From Oikopleura dioica (lineage: Eukaryota > Animalia > Chordata), in the NCBI GenBank assembly GCA_907165135.1, contig OU015567.1, forward strand, positions 7,936,001-8,000,000: a DNA stretch of 64,000 nucleotides. Reading direction: 5' to 3'. This document shows, piece by piece, positions 22,274 through 35,268 of the stretch. Numbering within the stretch: position 1 is the first letter of the stretch; each line of letters starts with the position of its first letter. Made by a program: the position numbers and the translations under genes. The notes beneath the pieces are model-generated. The model saw nothing but the letters and a program-made list of their open reading frames with translations. It did no database searches and was not told where the DNA came from.

Positions 22274-25200
22274 ATGAGGCTTGTAGCAGCAATAGTCGGG
22301 TAACGTTTCAACCTGCAATTACTTGAGAGCAATGATTTTGATCATCCTATTAGATCGACGGTCGCGAGCTCTGAGCTCGTCCAGTGTCGCCGGGCAAATA
22401 GTAATTGCTTAAGGCCATTACCCCAGAGAAGGCCTCAACAACCTGCTTCTGAAAATCCGACAGGTATAACTCCTATCCTCTGGTTCTCATATAAAATGCA
22501 GATGTTTTGCGGCAATCTCTTGAAGAATTCATTAATTTCGAATAGACTACTTATGTCTCGGTCACCTTTTGTCCATCAATTACTTTTCTCAAGTCAAGGT
22601 TGAAATATTTGCATAGATCTTGAGAATATATTCGGACCACGTGATCGGCACAATCCTTGTCGACATCGCGGTGGAGCTCCATGTTGTCGAAATTTACCAC
22701 GACCATGCGACGGGGCATGCAGATTCAAAGGAAGCTGGGTCAATTATTTTTATTCATAGAAATATGCAGTTGCTGACCCACATTAAAGACAAATTCATTC
22801 CAATTGGGAAAACATTTCTGCCAGATTCTTTTGACCCTTGTGTTATTGGAACGTGTGCAAGGAAAGGTTAACCTAGATGGCTTGATTTTCAATCAATCAA
22901 TGATCCTGCATCTTGACAACCTGAGTAGCGTAGAAGGACAAGCTAATCCCGAGATCTCGATCAAAACTGAAAAGTGCAATATCTGCCCAAAGGACTGCAT
23001 CTCGCAGCCTGAGCCCGGCAAGTGCTGTCCAACGTGCCATTGCGGTCCCCTTGGTCCGCGAGATTGGGATCCGAGTGGCAGAAGTGGTGAACCTCAAGAA
23101 TCCCAGCTCAGGGCCCGGTCTGTTTTTCAACTCAACCAGCTATCAAAATACAAATAAAGCTTCCAATATTGACCGCAATAAAAAGACCCGACACTTGCGG
23201 CCCATTAAAGAATTGCCCATTCCTTTCTTGTCCACTCGAAGATCAATACACTAAGGCAGGCTTAATGAACTTTAAAAGTGGATCATCCGTAGACAATTAA
23301 GTTTCAGCTTTCAAAAGTATATGGACTGTTGTCCAATGTGCGACTATTGCGTTGATCAGTGGGGAAAGAACACTTATGATGACCAGGAAAAGGTCTTGAA
23401 AATTACTGAAATGTTTATAATTTTCAATTACGATCAGACAAAAGCAAGCTTGGTGGTTTTACGACAAGAAATGTATCTGCAACAAGGGAGTCATCCAGTG
23501 CGACGATAATGCTTTTCCGCCATCTCCGTTCAGGTTTCCAAATACGATCGAATGATCAACTATGGCATTAACAAATGAGACTATCATTAATATTTACAGG
23601 CCCAAAGACTGCCAGGAGCCGAATGACCCTTCGGTGACCCATCAACATGGCCATGAATGGACAAATCCTGAAGAGGAGTGCGAAAGTTGCGAGTGCAGAG
23701 ATGGGCAGATTACATGCTCTAAACGCTGTCCAGAGCTAAATTGTCCAAATGAGCAGTATCCAGGGATGTTGATAGAAACTCAAGTCAATATCTGCCATTA
23801 ATTTTACTTTTTCTATCCATAAAAAGGACATTTGCGGGGTGAATGCTGCCCAGTTTGCATCAAGAAGCCAAAGAAATGTATGGCGTATGGAAAAGGCCAC
23901 ATCCTCACCATTGATGGAAACGTAACGAATGTCGAAAACTGTGTTTTCACTCTAATGTCAAGCTGCGAACCCATTCCTGACGCCGTGGAAGGCATTACTG
24001 AACTTCAACCTCCAAAGACAGATGGCAAAAATGGAATCAGCATGGCACACAAACCTGATTACTTTATTCCCGATGATAAGGAAAGGAAACAATCTAGTGA
24101 ATCTGGCCCTTATTAATGTTGTATTGTTTTTATTCTTTCAAAGCTCAGCGAATATGACTCGATCGACTCAATTTCTCTCAATTACGACTATGATGATTAC
24201 GATCCAACTGATTACGTTCGCCGAGCTAATAGTCAAGTTTTAATAAATCATTTTTGATTTAAACAAACAAAGATTATTGAAAACATGGTGAAAGTAAACG
24301 TGGAGAAGCACCAGCTAAAACTACCAAGCCCTGGAGAGTGGATCTGGTCACCGATGAGAGAGGAGAAACCGCTGGTCTTTACGTTCTGATCGGGTTTGAT
24401 TTATTTATATTTAGGTTAGGCCTTACTTTTTTATAGAGCAACAATGATCGTAGAAATCGAAGATTGGCGAACTCTCCGTCTGAATGGAATGGACATGGGT
24501 TTACCTTTTGAGAACTCAGAAATAAAAGTCATCGTCTATTGTGGAAGCATGCAATTGCAGTCACGTGACGGGCTCGTTCTGACTCTGAACAAAGACGGCC
24601 AAGTTTCCACCACCCCGCCGGGTACAGAAGAAAGCTGTCCGCATCACATTCCACCTGCTTGGAATCATGGAAAGGACTTTAACGACGGGCGCTGTAAACG
24701 ACCAACGGATTGTGTTGAAAATCCAACTTGCCGAGATCATCCAAAGGTTATTTTATCGATAGTCTGCAAATATAAATTGGCACACAGTGCGATCCTCGAT
24801 GCAGAGGAGATGGTTGCAATCACTATGACTGCCGGCATCATCCAAGATGTCCAGAACGTGAGGAGCTCCCGCCGACACCTGTCAAAAATCAAATTTTAAG
24901 TCCTATCGGTGGACCGACCTGTTAGCGTTTTTTATATCTTACTGCTTTGATTCATCCCTTTTTTCGATGAAAAACGCGGCTAAAGCGAAAGTCCAAGGAT
25001 TCCTCCTCCGATTTGCGGCGCATGCGCTTATCCGCAAAGGTTAAATCCAGGAGAAGTTCGAAAATCGTTCCAGCGAAGTTGCACCCTTAATGACTATACA
25101 AATTACATTAGGGTCACATCCCCCGTATAGTGTATTAGAACTCGAACAGATTGTGTAATCCCCGAGACGCGTTGCGCCCATCCTTCGGTAAGAAAACAAG

Positions 25201-25879
25201 CGCACGAGGAATGCTTGATGCTCAAGGAATGGTTTCTTATAAAGATATAAATAACATTCAAGTGACAAGTTTATTAATGATTATGAGCATATGGGTGGAC
25301 TTGCTGAGTCATGATTCCTAGAAATCTTTATGGAGCAAGCTCCATTTTCGCCTTGTCACGATGTCATTGATCCTGATCCATTTTATCATGCTTGCATCCA
25401 GGTTTGTTCCGTCTCTTAGCCACGAAATCACCTTCTTACAGGATCGATGCAGAACTTTTGGAGCAAAGCCCGTCTGCGAAATTCTTGAAGCATACTCTTT
25501 AGAGTGTCACAGGACAAGTTAGAATTTTGATTAATAAATCATGTATGCTTTGACATAAGTTTTTCAACTCAAATAAGAGCAAATGTGCGATTACGATGGA
25601 GAATGCAGTCGAATTGCTTCAAAACGTGTCCGAAGCCGTTCATCTGGTCAGACTGCGGAAAGCCTTGCGATGCTTCTTGTGGTGATCTGAATCCACAGTG
25701 CGAAGGAAAATGCGTTCCTGGTTGTCGCTGCCCAGCTGGCCTCGTTAAGGTTCTCACAATTTCTTGAGCAAATTGAACAAACGTTATTCTAGCACGCTGG
25801 AGGCTGCACAAAGCCAGAATATTGTCCAAACTACACTCCGCCGCCAGTTGATTTCGACGACGATACTGCCTGTATCTAA
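22274..25879 (+). CDS. BMPER/Crossveinless-2-like secreted protein (VWC repeats, VWD, C8, TIL), many exons
   Basis: Signal-like MRLVAAIV. Several VWC motifs (DPCVIGTC, GKCCPTC, DCCPMC, EECESCECRDGQITC, GECCPVC), VWD start CMAYGKGHILTIDG, C8 (PCHDVIDPDPFYHAC) and TIL (CGKPCDASCGDLNPQCEGKCVPGCRCPAG). Confidence 0.75.
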
Positions 25880-26103
25880 ATTTATTCATTCGTATGATAA
25901 TAAATCATACACACAATTTAAACAGAATATTTTTATAGGAGCACCATCGCATCTGCCCCCTAATAAATTTCTTGAGCGCAACTTTTTAAACTGTTTATTT
26001 GAGTCGCAATAAAAGTCGCTGGAGCTCAAATCACTGAGCTAACATATTGATATAAATTCTTGTTTACGGACTTTTTGCCATTCCTTCGAGTGCCAAGATA
26101 AAA

Positions 26104-27803
26104 ATGAAAAGGGACATTTGGACAGTCCTTGGCATTATAAGCTTTATTTTCTTCGTTCTAGGAGCACCTGCGTTATTTTATTTTGGATTTTGGATTCCCA
26201 AAGAGATTGAAAAAGGTAAAAAGAATGCACGTGGTGTTTTACAGTCCGCGTATTTCAGCGGCTGCTGAAGAAGAAGGAAGAACTCTCATCGCAAGCGCGT
26301 GGGTCTTTCAATACCCTCTGCAACCTTATGGCAACAGGTTCAAACTAAGCGCTACCGAAAACGGCAATCAGCTTCATTATTTCGTGCTGAATGCTTTGCA
26401 GAAAGGACTGATAAAGAAATTTGACTTCTCTTATGAAGACGGTATTATTTCCTGCAAAACAATCAATGAAAGTTGATCTAGGAGGACAAGAGCAATGCGA
26501 AAATCTTGGATTAAAATTCTATGACTATTTTGACGCCCATGATTCGAACAAAACCGAATGGCTTTTCGACGAAAGCGGACATCCTTCACTCGATAGCTGC
26601 CTATTCAATCCACTAAAGTACGAATGTAATGACTTACAACCATATCATCAAGGTGGAACCTCGGTCGATCAATCTACTGTTGATGCGATTAATGACATCT
26701 TAACGCAGAAGGAGGATCCCGAATGTCATGGAATACTAGATGAATAATGAATTATAAATTAAAGAAAGTAAAGCCATAAAATTCGAGTATTCCTGGAAAA
26801 GGAGGAAAATGATCATCGTGAGGTGTGAGAACATAGAAGGAATCTATACCCCTAGAATGGCGTACGAGAATTACGAAGAGGCAGTCGAACAGTGCAATTC
26901 AATTGGCATGCGTCTGATTGAAAATTTAAATTTTTCAAAATTTCGAGGTTTTCAAATGAAAATATTTTTCGTAAAACATTTAATACATTTTAGAAATCGA
27001 CATTGATGATGATCAAATTCCGGTGTGGGAAAGAGACTTCTGGCTTGACAAGACCGTCGACGATCTGGGTGACCTTGAAAAAGAACAGGTTCAAGCGAAG
27101 ATGAATTCGACAAAAGTAGTGACATCTTACCACCCATCTGGTTTCATGGAGTGTTACTCTCAAAGGTGATGTCGGAGTTTCTATTTCTTTTTTATTAAAA
27201 ATAAAGCATTGCGTATAATTCCGCAAATTTTTCCGAAATGAGGACCTACGTCTGCGCTGATGACATGCTGACGGATGATGGAAAGCTAAAAATCAAGAAC
27301 GTAATCACGAAGAAATTCGCTGATGATTGCGATTATCTCCCGATTAATAAAACATTTCTCGATAGCTTTGGCGTCTCGGAAGGAAAAAACAGGAGAGCCT
27401 TCTACTATGTTTTAATTGAACTCATAAAATGAATTTGCGGAGCCTAAAATAGACTAGAAGCTAACATTGAAGTTGTGTCTAACTGGGAAGTCGCTGCTAA
27501 TAGAGAGTTATTCTCAATTTTAACTCCGACTCCTGAAAATAATGAGAACATAACTTGGTGCTGGTAAGACTTTTCTCGCTTTCCGAAATCGATGCTTACT
27601 GTTGCTCAGGGGCTCTCCGAAACCGTTGAATCGGTTGGTTGCAACATTTGATGAGAACAAACAGTTGAATTACAAACTTATTTCCGAAGAACAACAGTAA
27701 GTCATCTACAAATTTTTTTCACTGAACTTGATTTCAGGGCGAAAACTCTTTGCGAAAAGAAGTCGGCCTGAGAAGAAAAGTCAAGAGTTTAAATCTTCTT
27801 TGA
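26104..27803 (+). CDS. Type II membrane protein with a possible C-type lectin-like region, multi-exon
   Basis: MKRDIWTVLGIISFIFFVLGAPALFYFGFW N-terminal TM. Later YENYEEAVEQCNSIGMRL and DFWLD resemble a CTL fold. End approximate. Confidence 0.45.
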
Positions 27804-28521
27804 AATTTTTCATTAATAAACATGATCTTTCCGAAACGAATGTCTTTCTTGGGGAGATGAGAACGAGTTCGATAAGATATGTTGTGAACATGATTCTTGC
27901 TTGCGTCTGAAAAATAGCAGCTGGGTAAAGAGATATGCTTCCTTGTTCGAGGGAATGCCAAGATCTGACGACAGTTATTCTGTATTTCTTTATTTTGTGT
28001 GCAAACCTCGGCTTTTTTGAGAAGATGGGAGGAAACGATCTTGGACTTACGCTGAAAATTCGATAATCTAATTTGCACCAAGACGCTATAGAAAAGGCAG
28101 CCAGTGGCTATTGATCGGATTACTAAAGTGGCAAAAAGCCATAATGACTCTACCGGAGGATTTATCAAACCGCAATCGAACATTTATCAACTCATCAAAA
28201 AGTAACTAAATGAGTTTCTGCGTATTCTTCTTACGGAGATTTACGCCTAATAACTGACATGAATCTCCAAGAAATCTTTGCAACATCGGACCCGATATTT
28301 ACCATGTTCAGGAAGTGAACATTAACTGATTAAAAAACGTTCGCTATAGACGAATTAATCCAATAATGTCCGGCAATCATGGATATCCCGGAGCACTCAG
28401 GTGGCGCGCGCGAGCTCGCTCCTCATGGCGCGATTGGTAAAGAAGAGTGAAATTGCCGCAATTCTATTTCTAGCTCCTCTTTTTTTTGCATTATTGGACT
28501 GAAAAATCGTCCGATAACGAG

Positions 28522-30587
28522 ATGAGCTATACAATCCTAGGGACGCTTTTTGCGCTAGTTGCGGGAGGACTATTTGTTAGTCCGTATTGGGCACCTCCTG
28601 ATGACAACGCGCTAGATTTAGAAGATGAAGTTTTGGTGAAAATTGACAGAGAGACTGTTCCTCTTTTCGAATTTCAACAAGAAGAGCTTGAAGAAAGAGA
28701 GGAAATTGATTTGATCAACGAAGAGAAAACTGAATTTAGCTCCGAAGAGGAGATAAGTTTCACGTCGGAATTCCGCGCAACGGAGCGTCCAAGTGAGTAG
28801 TCAGGAAACTGACAGCATGTCCGACAGCGGCCCCACTTTTCGCCACTCACTCTCGAGTACTTTCGGATATATTTCTTTCGAGAATCAGACCAAGATCCAA
28901 AGAATCTCATTACGCCTCAATTACCAGCGTTTCTAGCTGTTAACAGTCTTTTAGAGTGGTTTCTGCAGAATCGACTCAGAAGAGAAGGCCCCTTGGATCA
29001 TGAATTTCACAATGATCCTCGATACGCTTCCCCAGATCATGAGCTAGTGTGTTTGAAAAACAAGAAAAGAAACTTTTATATCGAAGAGACAAGAAAATCA
29101 ATCGGCTGTTGTCCCGAAGGAGATCCCAACGGAAAGCCTTTTCCTGCTGGTCAAGGTGAGCAATAACGCCCGTTTCGGTGTTCATAAAATTTAAGCCTGT
29201 TGCTGCGGTAAAATTTTCAACGAGCAGAATCAATTTTGTTGCGAAGAAACCTGTGAAGTGTTGCCTTCTGGTCCAAAAGCAAAGAAACAGTGCAAGAGAC
29301 AAAAGGGTTCAAAAGAGAAAAATGAACAGCAGCGAATCATAAATCCAACACAGAAGCCAACACCAACTTCAACAACTACTACCACATCAACCACCACTAC
29401 ATCAACTACCATTACAACATCACAACTGACAACAATTAAATCGGTATCTGTTCCACTCACTTTTACGACCTTCACAACAGAAGATTCATCACGACAGTGT
29501 CCCAAGCTCTGGGACAGGAAACCAAAGCTGATGAAAAAAGACTGCGAGCAACTTGGAAATGGAATCGAAACATGCTCGCTCTCCTGTCCAGAAGGAACAA
29601 GAGTCAATGGAACGGAGTCGCTGGCGTGTATAGGAAAGTTTTTAGCGCAAATAATAAGGTTTTTCGATGAATTTTATGAAAAACTTGGATAAAGGTGGCA
29701 CTTGGGACATGAAAGCACCCAACTGTTGCTTATCTGTCGGCTGCTCGGATGATTTCAAGCTCGACTTGTTTCTCGTCGTCGATGCTTCATCCTCAATCGG
29801 AGAAGAAAACTTCAAGTTAGGAACGGGGTTCAAGGCTAATTGGACGACGCGATTATCGCGCTCATGGAAATTCGGAAGGTCAATGACAGAGGTTGATATT
29901 TTCCTTAACCCCAAGCTTAGTCCGCCGTTTCATCAAATCCTTATCCGATTATTTCGAACTAGCGAAAGATAAAGTCCGCATTGGAATCGTATCTTTCAAC
30001 AGAAAGGTTGTCATGACGAAGACTCTCGATCAAATCCAGTCGAAGGAAGAATTGGACAAAGTCATTGAGGAACGGACTTAACAATTGATTGTGAATAATT
30101 TCATATACATTTACTAAGAAGAAAATAGATTCCCAAAGAATATCTTTCAAAAGTCTTTGACAGGAAATGCCATACACCGGCAAAGGAACAAATACTGGTC
30201 GAGCTCTACAAGCAGTTCTCGACAATGGTTTGGATAAAAATGGCGATCGACCGGGGGTTCTCAACCAGGTTAATATCTAGCGCTCGATTAATCTTTTACC
30301 TTTCATAGATTCTGGTGATTACTGATGGAAAGTCAAAGGATAACATCAAGAGACCAAGTTCTCTTTTGAAGCAAAAGGCGAAAATCATGGCAATTGGTGT
30401 TGGAACAAAACTGAGGAAAGACGGTATGAAAGAAACAAAGTCACGCCTTCTCTCATAACATGTTTTAGATCTTTACGACATCGCTTCCGATGAAAAATCG
30501 GTGTATTTTCCCGAAACATACGCAGAATTAGGAGAGTTAAAATACGTTCTATCGGATATGTATTGTCCGCCTAAATGTATTGTATAA
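28522..30587 (+). CDS. Secreted/membrane protein with a Thr-rich linker, Cys-rich module and C-terminal VWA domain
   Basis: N-terminal hydrophobic segment. VWA MIDAS motif LDLFLVVDASSSIG, then VRIGIVSF, TNTGRAL and VITDGKS. Confidence 0.75.
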
Positions 30588-30996
30588 TTCATTCAAAATT
30601 CATGCAGTTTATTTATTCAATCTCTTAATCTCTTTATGTAAATTTGTACATAGAAAATAACTGACAAAAATAATTGTTTATAATATTTTTTGAAAAACAA
30701 CGGGTACTGTAAAAAACTGTCCGATCAACTGGATGTGCGACATGGAGTGCAAGTACAATAATTGGCCCCAGTTGAGATTCACGAGGAGAGTTTTACGCAG
30801 CAAGAAGATATTCGCATTTGGCATCGTTCAGGAGATAATTTCGAAGAAAACAGACTGGAAATTTATTTAAAATCGACTGTCAAATGAAATACATTGATTT
30901 TCAATTTCAAATGTTCTTTTTTTTGAAAGAGAAGGGTTTTTATGAAAATATAAATTTATTCTGAAAATATTACAGCAGTGCTATTTAGAAAAATAT

Positions 30997-33900
30997 TCAC
31001 AGTTCGAGGTAGTCGATGAACTCGGCCGAGCCATCTTTCAATACACTTCCAGGGCTTTCCATCAGATCCACAATGTGCAAGTAGTTGTTGAGATGAACAG
31101 AGTTCCATGCGCGGCCATAGTCACCGAGTTCTGAAAAAAAGAATGGGAGAATCTATTCTACTGGATTTATTTGAGTATTGAGCAGTTTAATAAAGTCCCT
31201 AACTAAAGCCCAAGCACCGCAAAAATACTTCTGACAAGACAGTAATTTTGGCTTTTTCTTTTTTATAATCACTAAATTTTTGAGCTGTTGTCGAGTTAAA
31301 TGGCAATGATGAGACTTACCTAGAGTCGCTGGTACTCCGGTGAGATCAGCGAGCAACTTGAAGAGAAGGGCGCGTTCACGATAAAGTCCAAGCTTGAGCG
31401 ATCCAAGAGGAATGACATTTGAGGCTCTGGCTCGTTTCAACTCGACAATGTGCATTTCGTATCCGATTTTTCGCACTTGCTGTTTGGAGATTTCACCACC
31501 GAAAGTTTTGGCCACCAGCTCGCCAAGAACGCGTACATGGGTCTCGTAGCTATCATCTAAAAAAGAGAAGCTCATTTGAACTGAATTTTAAGCTATTTTT
31601 ACCTTTCAAAATAAGCGATTTAGCGGTTTCAATCAGATCGGAAAGAGCATCATCGATTCCGGAGCTTTCTTCGACCTCAGAGGCGACAGAAATTTTTGAA
31701 GCACTTGATACTAATTTCATTGACGATGCGATTCTTTCAGTTTTGTGGTCTTTTTCAACTTCTTTGAGTTCTTTTGGTTCTTTCGTCTCTTTTGATTCCT
31801 TTGATTTGTCTTTCTTCGATGATTTCGATCGTTTTTGTCTTGAGCTAAGATTTTTCAATGAAATCCTTTATTTTGGTCAATTTACCCATCAGGAGTTGAA
31901 GAAAGATCTTTTTGCGAAGCCTCGTCATCCATTTCTTTTGCATCTGATTCTTCGTTGTTCTCGAAATTTATAAGCAAAGTTGGTCTTTTATCATTTATTT
32001 TCTCATTTTCCAAGGCTTCTAGCGGCTCAAACAAGGCATCTGGAGCGACAATTCCAGTGTAATAGAAGCCCGCTAAAATGGTCTTATAGAATGATTTCTC
32101 GTTGATTTTTCTTACTTGGGATGTGATCAGACTGGTGAAGAATTCCGAGAAGCGCCAATTTCGCGGGCAGATGAAAATCCAGAATAGTTTCAAAACAACA
32201 TCGACTAGCATTCGATTTCAAATGTGGATCCAAGTTGACCTTTTGTAATTCAGCGAGACAATTAGCATCGACGATCTTGGTCGCAAAGTTTGAGTCCTTG
32301 CACAGGCTGACGATCGTATTTGAAGCGGTTATGCGTGTTTGACGATCGCGGGAGCTCAGAAGCTTGATTATATACGGCAATAGGTTTGCTTTGAGCAAAT
32401 TGTCGCGTGTCTTTGCGCAGCGAGCGTACAATGTAATAGTCTTCAAACATTTTTAGTGAGTTTTTAATATTTTCAATACCTGAAGCGATCGACGATGAAT
32501 ATCAGCAGATCTAGTTCGTGGAAGCATATCTCGAATCTTTGAAAATATGTCGCACTCGATAGCTTCTTGGTGAGCTTGGTCATCGTTGCTGATGCTCGTC
32601 AAGAGCGAGAGAATGCCAACAACGAGGTCATCGTCTTGGATTGACATCATCGGAAGGACCGTTCTGATGACGTCATTGGTGAAGATGATGCCTCGGTTCT
32701 TTGGGTGAAAGTGAACAAGTTGGGCAAGGGCGAGGATAACAAATCGACGGACCTTATGAAATCTCAACTTTTTTATTGGATGGAAAATGGTTTACCTCAA
32801 TATTTTCGGCATTCAACAATCCGATCAGCTTGAGCATAAGCCCATTGTCCGAGGCGATATCTCGGAAACTAGGCTCAATAGCGAGCGTTCGAATTGCTCG
32901 ACAAGAAGCACACTTCAGAGGGTCTGCTAATGTGAGCATTTTGACGACAAGGTCCATGATGTTTGCTTCAATGAACGGTCGGAGAACTGCTGAGCCGGCT
33001 TCTTCCGTCGCTTTGCCGAATTTGGCGACCATGTTGCAGAAGAAAACTAAAAATTTGAAAGTAAAATTGCTTTCTGTCCTGAAAAACTTACTTGAAGTTT
33101 CATCAGAGAAATTTCCTTCAGCAAGTTTGATCGCCTCAATGACTCGCACGAGCATTCCAGTTTCCTTGAAATTCTGGACGACCTTGGGGTCCTTCATGCA
33201 AGTGCCGATACATCGTAAGGCGTAGCAGTGAAGATCGGAAAACTCGTGATTTTCGATGAAAAAGACGAAGTTCTCCAGGAGCGGGCCGCTTGTAACCGTG
33301 TTCCGCGAGACATTCTCCTGCAACAGGCAGTAAACAACTTCGAGCGAAAGCTGCTGAATGAGCGGGAACTCGGAAGTCAGCTGGTCGAGAACAACTCGCA
33401 CGGCGTCGAGTGGCCCCAGCTCAGCCAAAACTTCGGGATCGTTGCAAAGACTCTTGAGCGTGACAAGAGCGTGCTTCTTTGTGTCGGGGTCGGATGAGCT
33501 GACGAGCTTGACGATGTGTGGGAGTGACTGTGCCTCGACCAGGGATTCCTTGAGCATGTATCGAGTAGACAAGTTGGCGATTGTCGCCACAGCGAATTCG
33601 GCGACGATAGGATCTTCATCTTGGACCAGTTTTGTTAAATCAACGATGAGAGTGTCTTGCTCTTTCGCCAGAAAATCTCTGATCTGTGGGACGCCGCTCA
33701 TCATGCCAAAGGCCATTCCAGCGTTTCGACGCACCGGAACATCTGGGTGATTTATCAGCTAAAAAGAAACAATTGTCGAAAGATACAAGGTATAAGAGTA
33801 TATTAATACCTTTCGCAAATAGGAGAGAGCACCCAAGTTCATCAAGTCAACACTCTTCTCCGGCCCTTTCATTGCATAATTGAAGCAAGCCTGACAACAT

Positions 33901-34189
33901 CGAGCAAGAACATCTTCCTCTGCCGTCGATAAATTAAGCACGATCGTTTTGATATTTTTGACATCGATAGAGAGCCCGTCAAACTGATTTTCCTGAATTT
34001 AGAAAACTTTTTACTTTTGACGTCAAAAATTTTCGCCTGGAAAATTTTTGCTTGTTTTTAATCTTGTTTTTAGCAATCATCATTGATTAATGATTGAATT
34101 TTTTTACAATTCGCGCTAGAAATTACCTCTGGGGCTTCCTCCTTTCCGCCCTTGGCTCCCTTATCCTTCTTGTCCTTCTTTGGTGGCAT
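30997..34189 (-). CDS. ARMC3: Armadillo repeat-containing protein 3, multi-exon
   Basis: MPPKKDKK start, ARM repeats, and the C-terminal EDR1-like segment SNVIPLGSLKLGLYRERALLFKLLAD...GDYGRAWN. Confidence 0.82.
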
Positions 34190-34779
34190 TCTGAACAAAC
34201 TGAACAAAATTCTCTGAATAAAAATAAATCTTTCGATGTTCTAGAGAAGCATTAAAAGAATTAGGAAAATATTTTGTCACAACTCATGAATTTTTCACTA
34301 CTGCGCTCACCATGACAACGAAATCTCGCTTGTGAAAATACTGACCTTGTTTCAGATTTAAAAAAATATGAAACGATATTTCATATTCCAAGTATGAAGT
34401 TCATAGTATCATTCTCGCTATGAACGGTATGAGAAACTTTTACTGAGAAATGTCGATTTTTCAACTTTGAACAAGAATCGTCACTACTAATATGGGGGTA
34501 GTTTTTCATCCAGTCAGATTCCAAAGGGTTAGTGTTCAAAAATGCCATGTTCGCCCTGTTAATCTTTGAAGTACTAATCCCATGCCGATCTGTTCGTGTG
34601 CGATGCCTGTATTTGCACCGATTACAATCAACTAGGCTTCGCGCTCCCCCGCTAAGATTATCAATTCTCACAAGCTCCCTCTCTCCCGCCATCTATGCCA
34701 CGAATTTTCGCATAAATTCTGAAATCAAAACCTCAAGAGCATTCAAAGGAAACAAAAAAAAAACTCGAAAACGCCTAAA

Positions 34780-35268
34780 ATGTGCAAATATTGTACCTCG
34801 ATCAACCCGCTTCAAGAAGCCCTCAATGGAGAAAAACGCTGCCGAAAGTACCTTTGGGACCTTGACCTCGGGATCCCGACAGTCGAGGATGATGCTCCAC
34901 CAAAGATGATAATAGAGAACGCGCTGGAGAATCAAGGCAAGGCCGCGGAGAAAAAGGACGAAGAAGTGACCCGAATAAAGGAAGAAGTTGAAAATCTCAA
35001 GGATCAACTCCAGCAGAAATCCAAGGAACTCGAAAAGGCAAAGTTGGAGAACCGACTTGACAGCATCATTCTCTGGGTCCTGGCCGACTCCATCGTCAAG
35101 TACGTAGATAAGATCGTTGTCGACGGCGACACTGCTTCAGTCAAGACAGCCAGTGACAGTGGATGCGAGAGCGAACACTTCACGCCGATCGACGAATACG
35201 AAGAACTCGCCAAAGAATCTTTCATCTTCGACTTCAACGATCAAACCGAATGGCCCGTCATTTCCTGA
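34780..35268 (+). CDS. Hypothetical single-exon coiled-coil protein, 162 aa
   Basis: Clean ORF with coding-like codon usage and central heptads (EEVENLKDQLQQKSKELEKAKLEN). AATAAA follows downstream. Confidence 0.6.
   Translation: MCKYCTSINPLQEALNGEKRCRKYLWDLDLGIPTVEDDAPPKMIIENALENQGKAAEKKDEEVTRIKEEVENLKDQLQQKSKELEKAKLENRLDSIILWVLADSIVKYVDKIVVDGDTASVKTASDSGCESEHFTPIDEYEELAKESFIFDFNDQTEWPVIS

Noticed and set aside
27734-28183. 149-aa minus-strand ORF with a hydrophobic segment
   Set aside because: No recognisable motif or splice model, and it overlaps the end of the + strand gene. May be real but is unsupported.
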